Assembly (NCBI GenBank): GCA_020137815.1 | Contig: CM035351.1 | Span: 6,324,001-6,388,000, forward strand | Length of the DNA stretch: 64,000 bases | Reading direction: 5' to 3' | Origin: Hormiphora californensis | Lineage: Eukaryota; Animalia; Ctenophora | In this document: positions 63,038 to 64,000 of the stretch, piece after piece | Layout: the number at the start of each line of letters is the position of its first letter | Numbering within the stretch: the first letter of the stretch is position 1 | Position numbers and translations under genes: made by a program | The notes under the pieces: generated by a model | The model's input: only the letters and a program-made list of their open reading frames with translations | Databases searched by the model: none | Told to the model about the DNA's origin: nothing

Positions 63038-63607
63038 TATTAGTATACACTGTTGCCTAGTATAAGTACACTGTTCGCACACCCAAATGCAAAGGAGGGT
63101 TAGAACACAACAAATAGTATGATATTATTAGTATACACTGTACGCATTGGTAACGAGGTCACCTCGAATGCACCTTTGAACTCGCGGCTAGGATACTGTT
63201 GTGATTTAGCAGGGGTCGATGACAGTTATCATTACTTAATTTGAGGGACGATACTGTTCCCACGTGTGTTTAATAGGGTGTGCTATTTTTCCCAACTCAT
63301 AAATCAAATCCAATTTTCACATAGTTTACCCCTAGAATGAGTTCCTACGATCATTCTAAAACATTTGGTAAAAAAATTTTAGTCCTACCCTGGCCCAATT
63401 ACGTGGGCCGATGTATGCCCATATATGGGCATATTCATATCAAAAATGTTTTTTGGGGCGTTATTTCGAAAAAACCACACATATGAATCGCCTCATGAGA
63501 CTCAGTACAACCATTATTTCCAGTCTGCACCTTCAGAACTCCATTTTATAATGAAAAAATTTTTTTGTTTCATCTTTTTTTCTTGCACATTTTCCTACTT
63601 TGTAGTA

Positions 63608-63779
63608 CAGTCGGACCCCGATTTAGGGGCCCCCGATTTAGTGGCACCCCGATTTAGGGACAGGATTTTTTTCCCCCGATATAGGAAATTAACCTTATTT
63701 GACCCCGATTTAGTGGTCACCCCGATTTAGTGGACAAGAGCCTTTCTCCCGAGGGTGTCCCTAAATCGGGGTCCGACTG
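63608..63779. mobile_element. Tc1/mariner(pogo)-type MITE with TA TSD
   Basis: TA|CAGTCGGACCCCGATTTAGGG...CCCTAAATCGGGGTCCGACTG|TA. Confidence 0.85.
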
Positions 63780-64000
63780 TATTAGTGGAGACGAATTTTA
63801 ACTTTTTGAGATTTTATTTGTCGGAATGCAAATTCCGGTTTTAACCGACTAATTTTGACCTGCTGAACACGATCCCGTTCATGAAAAAGCTCTCAAAATT
63901 GAAGAAAATGACCAAAATGAACATTTTTAGTCAAAAATGAACATTTTTGGTCCAAAATGAACATTTTCAGGTCAAAAATGAACTTTGGCTAACTTTCATG

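Overview
Gene-dense, intron-rich animal genomic DNA, most likely a ctenophore of the Pleurobrachia/Hormiphora type. This is inferred from two copies of what I recall as the ctenophore spliced-leader (SL) sequence. Recognisable multi-exon genes are VPS35L (-), KRTCAP2 (+), TCP11-like (-), INTS2 (-), SQOR (-), SLX1 (-, with frameshifts), an Mlx/Max-type bHLH-ZIP factor (-), LRRC71 (+) and the 5' part of ILF2 (+). Genes the ORF track misses or shows only in part are a 72-aa secreted 8-Cys/Trp-rich peptide, a TIMP-like protein lacking the N-terminal Cys-X-Cys, and a disordered protein whose intron holds an antisense intronless BTB-like ORF. Introns and spacers carry many non-autonomous DNA elements (TA, TTAA and 8-bp TSD types; Helitron/Helentron-like), CRE-clade retrotransposon fragments, and micro- and minisatellites. 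The most unusual signals are retroposed LINE-ORF1-only inserts that begin with an SL (one with an A-rich tail and 14-bp TSD), a tightly packed co-oriented four-gene run that looks like an SL-resolved operon, and minisatellites that multiply splice junctions. All family assignments come from motif recognition by eye; exon boundaries are manual and no database searches were run.
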